A DNA stretch of 29,492 bases from Verrucomicrobiota bacterium. Its GTDB lineage: Bacteria > Verrucomicrobiota > Verrucomicrobiia > Limisphaerales > SXQI01. Where the stretch lies: positions 1-29,492 of the forward strand of contig JANRLX010000028.1 in NCBI GenBank assembly GCA_033762115.1, in the 5' to 3' direction. Shown piece by piece: positions 9,746 to 18,724 of the stretch; the first letter of the stretch is position 1; each line of letters starts with the position of its first letter. The notes under the pieces were generated by a model. It saw only the letters and a program-made list of their open reading frames with translations. It ran no database searches and was not told the DNA's origin. A program made the position numbers and the translations under genes.

Positions 9746-9843
9746 CTTGGCCGTAATGGTTTATCAGTGACACCGCAATCATGGGCATGACTGCGGGTAG
9801 CTGAAATAGTTCGCTCGAAATGAGCCGATTGACAACCGCTTTT

Positions 9844-11220
9844 TTACAGGGTCTTGACGCGGATGTTCCGGAATGCCACTTCGCCATGGTCCCCCTGGAG
9901 GAAAAAGGAGCCGGGCTGGTCAAGGTTGGCATCCAATTCACTCCCAGTGGCTTTGTTGACTTCCACCTGGTCATGGATTTTAACGCCGTTCAGGTAAACA
10001 GTGACTTTGTTCCCGATCATCGTCGCCTCCACTTCCTGCCACTCACCGGCCTTGCGTGAGACAAACGTGGAAGCAGGCTTGATATTATAAATGGCACCAT
10101 TTCCACTCAGTTTTGGTTCCTTGGAGTCTCCATCATCAAACACCTGGATCTCATGGCGGCCGCGAAGGTAAAATCCGCTATTTGCTCCTTTGGGGACCAT
10201 GTACTCATAGCGCACGGTGAAATCGCGAAATTTTTTTTCACTGACAAGGTCAGTGCCGTGCTGGTCTTTGGGAATGGTGTTCACCAGCATGCCGTTCTGG
10301 ACGCTCCAGCTTTTAAGACCGTTTTCATTGCGATGCTTCCAGCCATCAAGGTTCTCTCCATTGAAAAGCGGTTTAAACCCGGCCTTCTTCTCTTCAGGCG
10401 TTAGCGCCGCGCTGGTTTTCTGCGGTGCTGTGTCAGCCTTTTCCAACCCGAGTGCCCATTTGATTCCACCAAGGATATGGTCCTGGTAGGCTTTGCTGGT
10501 CCAGACATCTTCCCGATGACCGAGTGATGTGTAGAAAAGGCGGCCTTTGCCAATCTGTTTTGTCCAGGCAATCGGATAATCTCCCGGTGATTTTGTGTTC
10601 GGATGCTTATCGAGGGTCAACAATCCATGGACTTTTTCCCGATGAAAATTTTTCAAGATGTAAATTTCATCGTGAACCGTGTACTTGGCCCCAAGATGCT
10701 TCGTCGCTGGATGATCATGATGCTGGTTAATACAATCAACGGTGGCCTGTTCACCATGAGTGAGGAATTCGCCGCCGATCATTTCGATAAACGGCCTGAA
10801 ATTATGGAACGTATCTGATGCAGAATGCATCCCAATGAACCCCTTGCCACTATTGACGAAATCGATCAGCGCCTGTTTGTCAGGCATTGGTAGATCCCCG
10901 GTGGTGTTGGCGAAAACAATGCCATCATACTGTTTAAGCGCCTCAGCAGTCATTTTCTCCTTCACATCCGCATCACTTTTTCCATCCGCCCCGCCTCGCA
11001 CATAATCGACCGTATAGATCCCGGTTGTTTCCCCCAGCCCGGCAAGGACCTTCTCAGCCAGCGGAATGGAACTGTGCCGAAAACCCTGGGTGGCAGTCAC
11101 CACAAGCAATTTCTTCGGTTTGTCAGCGGCCAGCGTGGTTGCCGCAATTGGCAGAAGCAGTGCGGCTATCATGGCGATTTTCGCCAGAAAACTAATTTTT
11201 GATTTCATATGTTTCAACAC
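9844..11220 (-). CDS. Secreted ThuA-like plus DUF1080 (3-keto-disaccharide hydrolase-like) fusion protein
   Basis: Signal peptide. ThuA motifs GFRHSSI, GFIGMHSASD and GRLFYTSLGH. DUF1080 motifs LFNGENLDGW, NSGFYLR, EIQVFD and LQGDHGEVAFRNIRVK. Alternative start ATG 11208. Confidence 0.88.
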   Translation of the reverse strand: MLKHMKSKISFLAKIAMIAALLLPIAATTLAADKPKKLLVVTATQGFRHSSIPLAEKVLAGLGETTGIYTVDYVRGGADGKSDADVKEKMTAEALKQYDGIVFANTTGDLPMPDKQALIDFVNSGKGFIGMHSASDTFHNFRPFIEMIGGEFLTHGEQATVDCINQHHDHPATKHLGAKYTVHDEIYILKNFHREKVHGLLTLDKHPNTKSPGDYPIAWTKQIGKGRLFYTSLGHREDVWTSKAYQDHILGGIKWALGLEKADTAPQKTSAALTPEEKKAGFKPLFNGENLDGWKHRNENGLKSWSVQNGMLVNTIPKDQHGTDLVSEKKFRDFTVRYEYMVPKGANSGFYLRGRHEIQVFDDGDSKEPKLSGNGAIYNIKPASTFVSRKAGEWQEVEATMIGNKVTVYLNGVKIHDQVEVNKATGSELDANLDQPGSFFLQGDHGEVAFRNIRVKTL

Positions 11221-11342
11221 AACCCGGTTCTCTCCCGGAAATGACTGTGGAAGGAGGGTATAAATTCATTTACCGGATGTCGTGGAACGTCAATCCAAAA
11301 CGGTTCTCGCTGCGGGACATCCTGATCCTGTATCATGAGCCC

Positions 11343-12026
11343 ATGCAAAGCCGCGCCCCAGAACAACATTACCAGGGAGCAGAAGGAGCGGCTTACCATC
11401 AGGTCAAGCGCGGGGTGCCGGAACGAACTATTCCCTGGATTGCCGCGTTGCGAGCAAAAAAACTGCAACCCCATATCAATGTTGGTGACACTGTTTTTGA
11501 ATTTGGCGTCGGAAGCGGCTGGAACCTTGCCCGGCTGAACTGCCGCGAAAAAGCGGGTTACGACATTTCCGAATGGGTTGAGCAGGAGGTCCGGAACGCC
11601 GGAATTGAGTTTTCCAATTCTCTCTCCCCGTTTTCAAATCGCAAATTTGATGTGGTGATTTCCCATCACTCTCTCGAACATCTCCTGAATCCCGCCGAAG
11701 CATTAGGCCAGATGCACCAATTATTAGCTCCTGGCGGGAAACTGCTCCTGTTCGTTCCGTTCGAAAAGGAGAGACGTTACCGCTCCTGGGACCCCGAAGA
11801 ACCGAACCATCATTTATACTCCTGGAACGCCCAAACATTGGGAAATTTGGTTCAGGAATCTCGCTTTAACGTTAAATCTATCTCTGTACAGCGTTTCGGC
11901 TATGAACGTCGGGCCGCTTCGATTACCCATCGTTTCGGTTTGTGTGAATTCGGATTTCGCACCATTCATCGAATGTTGCACCTGGTCCGTCCTGCTTACG
12001 AGATTCGTTGTCTGGCAACACCTTGA
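11343..12026 (+). CDS. Class I SAM-dependent methyltransferase
   Basis: Motif I VFEFGVGSG, FDVVISHHSLEHL and LAPGGKL. Start moved to ATG 11343, because the track start 11199 overlaps the divergent gene. Confidence 0.85.
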   Translation: MQSRAPEQHYQGAEGAAYHQVKRGVPERTIPWIAALRAKKLQPHINVGDTVFEFGVGSGWNLARLNCREKAGYDISEWVEQEVRNAGIEFSNSLSPFSNRKFDVVISHHSLEHLLNPAEALGQMHQLLAPGGKLLLFVPFEKERRYRSWDPEEPNHHLYSWNAQTLGNLVQESRFNVKSISVQRFGYERRAASITHRFGLCEFGFRTIHRMLHLVRPAYEIRCLATP

Positions 12027-12093
12027 TTCCGTTTCTGTTTGAATTGAATCATCGCACCCGCTAGAACGTCTGAAACGAAAAGGAAATTTTGAT

Positions 12094-12483
12094 ATGAGGA
12101 AAAGTTATCTGATCGCCCTTGCTGCTCTTTCAACCGCCATGCTTCATGCAGATGTAGACGTCAGCAAATTGCCTCCTGCATCTGACAAAAAAGGGGTGAC
12201 CTTTGATAAGGATATCAAACCGATTTTCGAAAAATCCTGTTTCAAGTGCCATGGCACCGAGAAACAAAAAGGAAAATTGCGCGTCGATTCTCTCGATGCA
12301 ATCCTCAAGGGTGGTGAAAATGGTGAGGTTATTGCCAAAGGGAATAGCGCAAAAAGCAGCCTGGTGCATGCTGTCTCCGGGTTGGTCGAAGATATGTTGA
12401 TGCCACCGGAAGGAAAAGGGGACCCGCTGACCAAGGAACAGGTTGGCCTCGTGCGAGCCTGGATCGATCAGGGGGCGAAATAA
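12094..12483 (+). CDS. Secreted mono-heme cytochrome c, Planctomycete type (PSCyt1-like)
   Basis: Signal peptide, F.KDIKPIF..SCFKCHG (CxxCH), distal MPP and WIDQGA. SD AAGGA upstream. Confidence 0.88.
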   Translation: MRKSYLIALAALSTAMLHADVDVSKLPPASDKKGVTFDKDIKPIFEKSCFKCHGTEKQKGKLRVDSLDAILKGGENGEVIAKGNSAKSSLVHAVSGLVEDMLMPPEGKGDPLTKEQVGLVRAWIDQGAK

Positions 12484-12491
12484 TTTTTTCC

Positions 12492-13256
12492 GTGAGTTCT
12501 CCTGAAGCAGCCCTCAATGGGCTGTTTCTTTTGTACCCCAAAGGATCGCCGCCCGGTAATGGTCGCCTTCAAGCGGACGAGGTTATTCGCATTGATTGCG
12601 ATGAAGTTTCGGTGCAGTTCACTCGGAAACGGGGAGCGAAGCGTTACATTTTGCGGGTCACTCCTGAGCGGACCCTCAAAGTCACGGTGCCGTGGCAGGG
12701 GAATCGAGCTGCTGCCAGGCAATTCGTCGAACGTCACATTCCCTGGATCAGAAACCAGCTTCTCAAGAAACCGCACTCCGAACTTCCCTGGGTTGCCGGA
12801 AGTTTAATCTGGTATCGCGGGACCCTGCTGCCACTTGAAGTGATTCCAGCAGGAGAGCACCTGCTGTTAAAACTCGGCGCTGAATCGTGGAAAGTGGAAG
12901 CGAACTCCGGCCCCTTCAGACATCTGCTCGGGCGGATCTTCCGTGCACTGGCTGAAGAGACACTTCCCCGGCGCGTCATGCAGCTTGCGGAATTCCACCG
13001 CCTGGAAGTTCGGCGGGTAACAATCCGGAACCAAAAAACACGATGGGGTTCCTGCTCGGCGCGACGGACGATTTCCCTAAACTGGCGTTTAATCCAGGCT
13101 CCTGACCTGGTGATCGATTATATCATTATCCATGAACTCATGCATTTGCAGGAGATGAACCATTCCGAACAATTCTGGAAAAAGGTTGAAGCTGCCTGCC
13201 CGGAATACCGCGCCGCCGAGCAATGGCTCAAGGCTCATGGGCGTGAACTGATGTAA
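12492..13256 (+). CDS. YgjP/DUF45-like zinc metallohydrolase (M48/SprT-like)
   Basis: IRNQKTRWGSCS, ISLNWRL, DYIIIHELMH (HExxH) and NHSEQFW. The start is uncertain and is probably downstream of the terminator (e.g. GTG 12612). Confidence 0.88.
   Translation: MSSPEAALNGLFLLYPKGSPPGNGRLQADEVIRIDCDEVSVQFTRKRGAKRYILRVTPERTLKVTVPWQGNRAAARQFVERHIPWIRNQLLKKPHSELPWVAGSLIWYRGTLLPLEVIPAGEHLLLKLGAESWKVEANSGPFRHLLGRIFRALAEETLPRRVMQLAEFHRLEVRRVTIRNQKTRWGSCSARRTISLNWRLIQAPDLVIDYIIIHELMHLQEMNHSEQFWKKVEAACPEYRAAEQWLKAHGRELM
12504..12534 (+). terminator. Rho-independent terminator after the cytochrome c gene
   Basis: Stem GAAGCAGCCC/GGGCTGTTTC (10 bp, one G-U pair), loop TCAAT, followed by TTTTGT; 20 nt after the stop. 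Confidence 0.7.
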
Positions 13257-13258
13257 CC

Positions 13259-13639
13259 TTATTTGCCCCTGATTTCCAGCTGGTATGGCTGTGACATCTG
13301 GCTGCCCGACTCCGGTTTCGGAATCGCTTTGTACATATAATCGAATTTGTAACGGTAATTAATGAATTGCTGGTCCGCGGGAATGGGAATGATCGCTTCC
13401 CAACGATCCGGGACTGATGGAGCCGGTTGCATCGGATATTGCTCCATGCCAATCACGACATACGGCTTGATGGTTTCCTTCTTTAATGTCCCCTGGCGTG
13501 TTTCCCAGGCAACCTCGAACGGATAAAGATTATTGGCGTTCCGCGTCGTTTGTCGCGGAGTCAAATTCGTGATCGTGGCGGTGCATCCCGTCAGGAGCAT
13601 CAGGGCAAGTGAAAGCGGGAGCAGTGATTTCATCGTCAT
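13259..13639 (-). CDS. Hypothetical lipoprotein
   Basis: MKS plus a hydrophobic stretch and lipobox LTGC; the mature part is beta-rich. It fills the gap between two plus-strand genes. Start could be 13633, 13639 or 13645. Confidence 0.75.
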   Translation of the reverse strand: MTMKSLLPLSLALMLLTGCTATITNLTPRQTTRNANNLYPFEVAWETRQGTLKKETIKPYVVIGMEQYPMQPAPSVPDRWEAIIPIPADQQFINYRYKFDYMYKAIPKPESGSQMSQPYQLEIRGK

Positions 13640-13698
13640 AGCCACGAATGCGTTACAACGAAGTTGAGTTTCTGTAAAGCAAGGAAAACAGGAACGGC

Positions 13699-13727
13699 TT
13701 GCGTGATGCGCCGCCCCTACTCACAAT
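13699..13727 (+). promoter_or_regulatory. Candidate sigma-70 promoter giving a leaderless uxaE mRNA
   Basis: TTGCGT-N17-CACAAT-N7-ATG(13735); no SD visible. Confidence 0.4.
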
Positions 13728-13734
13728 TGTCCGT

Positions 13735-14985
13735 ATGCAGAAGCTCGGAAAATTTTCGTTCGGAATGGGAGACCGGTTTGCGCATCAGGCAAAAGCCCAG
13801 TTACGCGCCTGCCAGATGGCCGCACAAAAAGGGGTCCCTATCGTCCCCGTCTGGAACAAATCAAATCGTGAACACATGACGATTGGTTCCGAACCTTCCA
13901 GCGTGCGGCAGGCGGCGGATGCCGCAGTGCGGGAACTCGGCTGGACCGGCGAATACCGGGTGGATGCGGACCATATCAACCTGGGAACTGTCGACCGTTT
14001 CATCGACCCAAGCGATTTTTTTACGATTGATGTGGCAAGTTTCATCGGCCACCCGGTGGAGGGGGACCGGTTAAAAAATTTTGTGGATCGGCATCCGGAA
14101 CTGACAGGAAAAATTGAAATTCCCGGAATCAGGAATCCATTTATGATCCAGCGTGCTGATGTGGAGAAAACCGCTGGCAAATACCTTTTGGCGATTGAGG
14201 AGGCGAAAAAAATCCAACGGCATATCGAGGAACGAAAAGGCGCGGGCAATTTCATCACGGAAGTGTCGATGGATGAAACCGATTTTCCACAAACACCTCC
14301 GGAACTGTTGGTGATCCTGGCAGCATTGGGAGATGCAGGAATTCCGATTCAAACGATCGCTCCAAAATTCACGGGCCGTTTTAACAAAGGAGTGGATTAT
14401 GTCGGTTCCCTCGAGCAATTCGAGCAGGAGTTCAATGATGATCTGGCCGTGATCGCGCATGCGATTAAACGTTATCCATTGTCAGAAAACCTCAAATTGA
14501 GCGTCCATTCAGGGAGTGACAAATTTTCGATTTACCCGCCGATCCGGCGGGCGTTGGAAAAAACAGGCGCTGGATTGCATATCAAAACCGCCGGGACAAC
14601 CTGGCTTGAAGAGATGATCGGGCTGGCTGAGGCAGGCGGCCAAGGATTGAAGCTGGCAAAGGAAATTTACTCCGAAGCGCTCGAGCATGTGGAGGAACTC
14701 TGTGCCCCCTATGCGACTGTGATTGATATCGATGCAGGCAAACTGCCGAGCGCGGCAACTGTCAATTCATGGAGCTCGGAGCAATTCACCAGCAGGTTGC
14801 GGCACGATCAAAAAAATCCGTTGTTCAATCCGCATCTGCGCCAGTTGCTGCATGTGGGCTACAAAGTCGCGGCCAAAAAAGGGGAACGTTATCTTTCAGC
14901 GCTCCGTGAATTCGAATCGATTGTTGCAAACAACGTCACGACCAACCTCTACGATCGGCATCTGCGGCCACTCTTTCTGAGCTAG
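13735..14985 (+). CDS. uxaE: Tagaturonate/fructuronate epimerase, UxaE family
   Basis: SFGMGDRF, VDADHI, FFTIDV, EVSMDET, APKFTGRFNKGVDY, KLSVHSGSDKFSIY and HIKTAGTTWLEE are the UxaE-family motif set. Confidence 0.85.
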   Translation: MQKLGKFSFGMGDRFAHQAKAQLRACQMAAQKGVPIVPVWNKSNREHMTIGSEPSSVRQAADAAVRELGWTGEYRVDADHINLGTVDRFIDPSDFFTIDVASFIGHPVEGDRLKNFVDRHPELTGKIEIPGIRNPFMIQRADVEKTAGKYLLAIEEAKKIQRHIEERKGAGNFITEVSMDETDFPQTPPELLVILAALGDAGIPIQTIAPKFTGRFNKGVDYVGSLEQFEQEFNDDLAVIAHAIKRYPLSENLKLSVHSGSDKFSIYPPIRRALEKTGAGLHIKTAGTTWLEEMIGLAEAGGQGLKLAKEIYSEALEHVEELCAPYATVIDIDAGKLPSAATVNSWSSEQFTSRLRHDQKNPLFNPHLRQLLHVGYKVAAKKGERYLSALREFESIVANNVTTNLYDRHLRPLFLS

Positions 14986-15069
14986 ACTCTGGCCCGGCAG
15001 CCAGCGGGGAGTTAATAAACGGCAAGCTTCCCTCTGGTGGATTTTGCAGCTTTCGGACATACTTTGTGC

Positions 15070-17370
15070 ATGGGACAAAGTGAGACGCACGCCACGAATT
15101 CTCCAGCCACGCATCAACCTTATATCGCCCCCGAAACCCGCATAGCGGAATTCACACCGAGGGCGGTCATTACCGGGACGCTTTTGGGGATGATTTTCGG
15201 CGCTTCCTCGCTCTACCTGGTATTGAAGGTCGGGATTACTGTCAGCGCCTCGATTCCAGTGGCCGTCATTTCGATCACGCTGTTTCGCCTCCTTTCAAAA
15301 TTTGGCGTGAAGGACGCCACGATCCTCGAGAATAACATTGTCCAGACCAGTGGCAGCGCTGGTGAATCGCTCGCGTTCGGGATTGGGGTAACGATGCCGG
15401 CAATTCTGGTCCTCGGTTTTGACCTTGAAGCAACCCGCGTGCTGCTCGTTGCAATTCTCGGCGGATTACTCGGTATCCTGATGATGATTCCCCTCCGCCG
15501 TGCGTTGATTGTGCAACAGCATGGCATCTTGAAATACCCCGAAGGAACTGCCTGCGCGGAAGTATTAAAGGCGGGCGCTTCAGCGGAATCACGCGCTGCG
15601 GCAGCGCCATTCTGGAAAAAGCAAATGGAAGAGGGGACAGGCTCCGTCACGCAAGCGACTACCATCTTCACAGGCTTTGGCATCGGGCTGATTTACAAAT
15701 TTATCATGGATGCGTTGCACGGATGGAAAGCCATACCGGAAAAAATCTTCGGCACTCCCTTCAAGGGTGGCTCCGTGGGAACAGAGGTATCCCCCGAACT
15801 GCTGGGGATAGGCTATATCATTGGGCCGAGGATCGCCTCGATCATGGTAGGTGGTGGAGTGCTGGCTTACCTGGTGCTTATCCCGATGATCTCCTTTTTC
15901 GGCGAGAATGTGACAGTGCCGGTCGCGCCTTCCCCCGGGACCAAACTGATTCGTGACATGAGCCCCAATGAAATTCGCGGAGCCTATATCCTTTACATCG
16001 GCGCCGGAGCGGTTGCGGCGGCGGGAATCATCAGCCTGGTGCGATCATTGCCTTTGATCGGGCGCGGGTTGAGGGAAGGATTGAAAAATGTCGGAAATGC
16101 CGGTGCTGCAATCGGGGCCCAGTTGCGAACAGCAAGTGATCTTTCTCTCAAATTGGTATTCGGCGGGATTATTATAATCATCATTGCCATCATGGCTGCG
16201 CCAACGCTGCACATGAATTTGCTGGGAGCGCTGCTGATCGTGCTGTTCGGTTTTCTTTTTGTCACTGTCTCCTCCCGTCTGACCGGTGAGATTGGTTCCT
16301 CCTCCAATCCCATTTCAGGCATGACAGTGGCAACGCTGCTGCTGACCTGCCTGATCTTCCTCGCTCTGGGCTGGACCGGCGGGATTTACTATGTGACCGC
16401 GCTTTCTGTCGGCGCCATCGTGTGTATCGCCTCCTCAAATGGCGGAACGACTTCCCAGGATCTGAAAACAGGTTTCCTGGTCGGCGCGACTCCCAAATAC
16501 CAGCAGATTGCCCTCTTCTGCGGGGTGGTTGCCTCGGCATTGATTCTTGGCCCGATTTTGCTGCGGCTGAATGACGCCGCGACCGTTTACGTTCCTGCAG
16601 CACAGGTCGCCCCCGGCTTGAAAACCACTGTTGACGGATTGAAAAAAAGAGAGTCCTTAAAAGGACCGCAGGCTGCCCAGGACAATAAAAGTTATTATGT
16701 CTGGCACAAAACGGAAAAGGAGAATGGTCCCACAGGCAAATATCTTGTGGACGATGCAGGGAACGCGGTTTACCTGGTGGATCCGGGAATCAACGGAAGC
16801 TTCAGCAAACGTCCGGATGGGACCGAAGTGAAAAAGTATGATGCTCCAAAGGCAATCCTGATGTCCTATATCATCAAGGGCATCCTGGACCGGGAGTTGC
16901 CGTGGGGACTGGTCCTGGTGGGAGTGATGATTGCAGTGGTGCTGGAACTCGCGAGTGTGCCATCCCTGGCATTTGCGGTGGGTGTTTACCTCCCGCTGGC
17001 GACTTCCGCGCCTGTCTTCATCGGGGGAATGATCCGCTATCTTGTGGACCGGAAGCGGCGTGCCGCGCTGGAAGCTGCCAACCAGAAAGTGGACGAAACA
17101 TTTCTTGCGGCGGAAGCCGACCGCAGCCCGGGAGTGCTCGCCGCCTCCGGTTATATTGCCGGCGGAGCGATTGCGGGAATTTTCATTGCCATCTTTGCCG
17201 GCTTTTTTGAGAACAATGCCTTGTTGAAAACCGCCACGGCATGGTCTGCCAACAATCCTTTCTACACCGGAGAATACGCGAATTTACTGGCCTTGATCCC
17301 ATTCGCGCTGTTATGCGGTTTTCTTTATCTGGTGGGCCGGGAGAAGTTGCTGAAAAGCCGCAAGTCGTAG
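15070..17370 (+). CDS. OPT-family oligopeptide transporter
   Basis: YLVLKVGITVSASIP, ENNIVQT.GSAGES, YPEGTACAEVL, GEIGSSSNPISGMT, SQDLKTG.LVGATP and APKA.LM; many TM segments. Confidence 0.93.
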   Translation: MGQSETHATNSPATHQPYIAPETRIAEFTPRAVITGTLLGMIFGASSLYLVLKVGITVSASIPVAVISITLFRLLSKFGVKDATILENNIVQTSGSAGESLAFGIGVTMPAILVLGFDLEATRVLLVAILGGLLGILMMIPLRRALIVQQHGILKYPEGTACAEVLKAGASAESRAAAAPFWKKQMEEGTGSVTQATTIFTGFGIGLIYKFIMDALHGWKAIPEKIFGTPFKGGSVGTEVSPELLGIGYIIGPRIASIMVGGGVLAYLVLIPMISFFGENVTVPVAPSPGTKLIRDMSPNEIRGAYILYIGAGAVAAAGIISLVRSLPLIGRGLREGLKNVGNAGAAIGAQLRTASDLSLKLVFGGIIIIIIAIMAAPTLHMNLLGALLIVLFGFLFVTVSSRLTGEIGSSSNPISGMTVATLLLTCLIFLALGWTGGIYYVTALSVGAIVCIASSNGGTTSQDLKTGFLVGATPKYQQIALFCGVVASALILGPILLRLNDAATVYVPAAQVAPGLKTTVDGLKKRESLKGPQAAQDNKSYYVWHKTEKENGPTGKYLVDDAGNAVYLVDPGINGSFSKRPDGTEVKKYDAPKAILMSYIIKGILDRELPWGLVLVGVMIAVVLELASVPSLAFAVGVYLPLATSAPVFIGGMIRYLVDRKRRAALEAANQKVDETFLAAEADRSPGVLAASGYIAGGAIAGIFIAIFAGFFENNALLKTATAWSANNPFYTGEYANLLALIPFALLCGFLYLVGREKLLKSRKS

Positions 17371-17390
17371 GGAAATTTCCTGAGAAGGCC

Positions 17391-18074
17391 TCAACGTTTT
17401 TCATTGTAGGCGCGCTGCGAATATTTGGTCGCCGCAAGCTGCGTGACGTTGTTCCGCACGGTGTCACTGATTTTCAGTTCCTTCCAGGAAACCTCCCAGC
17501 GAGGGTCCACCGAGGTGAGCATCTCCCGCTCCCAGGCATCACGCAATAACCCGCCGGGTTGTTGCTGGATTGAACCCTGGATCAGCAGGCCAAGCTTGTT
17601 TCGACGCTGGGCAGCTCCTGCAATTTTTTTCCCGTTTACAAGGAGATCATATTTTTCCGCACCTATGAAGCATTGGCCTGGGATCTCTTTATCACAGCAT
17701 GGGGAGAGGTTTGACCGGACGCCCAGCGCATCAAAGGCGCGGGCTATCCATTCATGCATGTGTCGGTAACTCTCCTCCGCGCGAAAGGAGTACCATGGGT
17801 GTTCCGGCGGTACAGCAATGCTGTAGGTCCAATCGGCATCATGCCTGACCAAACCGCCACCGGTGGGACGGCGAATCAACGGGCGCAGGGCGGTCCATTC
17901 GGCAATATCACGGTAATGCTGGAAATAACCGAAAGTGGCGGCAGGTTCCTCCCATGAATAGAACCGGAGCACCGGGGCACTCCAATCCGCCAGATGGTTC
18001 AGGAGCGTTTCATCGAATGCCATGTTCCATGCAGCAGGCCCGGGCGCAAGAGGAAGCAGGAACCAATCGTTCAT
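17391..18074 (-). CDS. Lipoate-protein ligase A / LipM-like catalytic-domain protein
   Basis: NMAFDE, LRFYSW, GYFQ, RRPTGGGLV.H, GKKIAGAAQRR and QGSI. No C-terminal accessory domain. ATGA overlap with the nth stop. Confidence 0.85.
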   Translation of the reverse strand: MNDWFLLPLAPGPAAWNMAFDETLLNHLADWSAPVLRFYSWEEPAATFGYFQHYRDIAEWTALRPLIRRPTGGGLVRHDADWTYSIAVPPEHPWYSFRAEESYRHMHEWIARAFDALGVRSNLSPCCDKEIPGQCFIGAEKYDLLVNGKKIAGAAQRRNKLGLLIQGSIQQQPGGLLRDAWEREMLTSVDPRWEVSWKELKISDTVRNNVTQLAATKYSQRAYNEKR

Positions 18075-18721
18075 TTCATCCTCCCCGGACAAAGGGTGTT
18101 CAATTCACACTCTTCGCAGTCCGGCCTGCGAGCTGCGCAACGCCTTCTTCCATGCCAGATCAGATAATGGCTGAGCATGGTCCAATCATGCCGGGGGATG
18201 AGCTTCTGCAAAGCCAGCTCAATCTTTTCAGGGGAGCTTTCACGGGAAAGGCCAAGAAGATTTGAAAGCCGTGCGACATGTGTGTCCACCACCACGCCAC
18301 TGTTGATGCCAAAAGCATTTCCGAGCACGACATTGGCGGTTTTTCGCCCCACACCAGCGAGTGCAGTCAGTTCCTCCATCGTCTGTGGGACCTGGCCATT
18401 GTGTTTCTCGATAAGGGATTGGCAGCAAGCCTTGATATTTTTTGCCTTGTTCCGATAAAGGCCAATCGCCCGAAGGTCATTCTCCAATTCCTGCAATGGA
18501 GCCTGGGCGTAGTCAGCCGCTGATTTGTATTTTTCGAACAGTTTCGCCGTGACAATATTAACCTGCTTGTCGGTGCATTGCGCGGAAAGAATGGTGGCAA
18601 TCAGCAACTCGAGCGAATTCCGGAAATGAAGTTCGCAATGCGCATCAGGATAAGTCGTGCGGAGTTGTTCGAGAATGGCGCTGGCTCTTTGCTGAAGAGC
18701 TGTTCTGGATTCGCGCGGCAT
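18071..18721 (-). CDS. nth: Endonuclease III
   Basis: LIATILSAQCTD, HhH motif LAGVGRKTANVV, VDTHV and the 4Fe-4S motif C-x6-C-x2-C-x5-C. Confidence 0.96.
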   Translation of the reverse strand: MPRESRTALQQRASAILEQLRTTYPDAHCELHFRNSLELLIATILSAQCTDKQVNIVTAKLFEKYKSAADYAQAPLQELENDLRAIGLYRNKAKNIKACCQSLIEKHNGQVPQTMEELTALAGVGRKTANVVLGNAFGINSGVVVDTHVARLSNLLGLSRESSPEKIELALQKLIPRHDWTMLSHYLIWHGRRRCAARRPDCEECELNTLCPGRMK

Positions 18722-18724
18722 AGC

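Noticed and set aside
15001..15037. Imperfect hairpin between uxaE and the OPT gene
   Set aside because: It has a mismatch, wobble pairs, a large loop and no immediate U-tract, so it is too weak to call a terminator.
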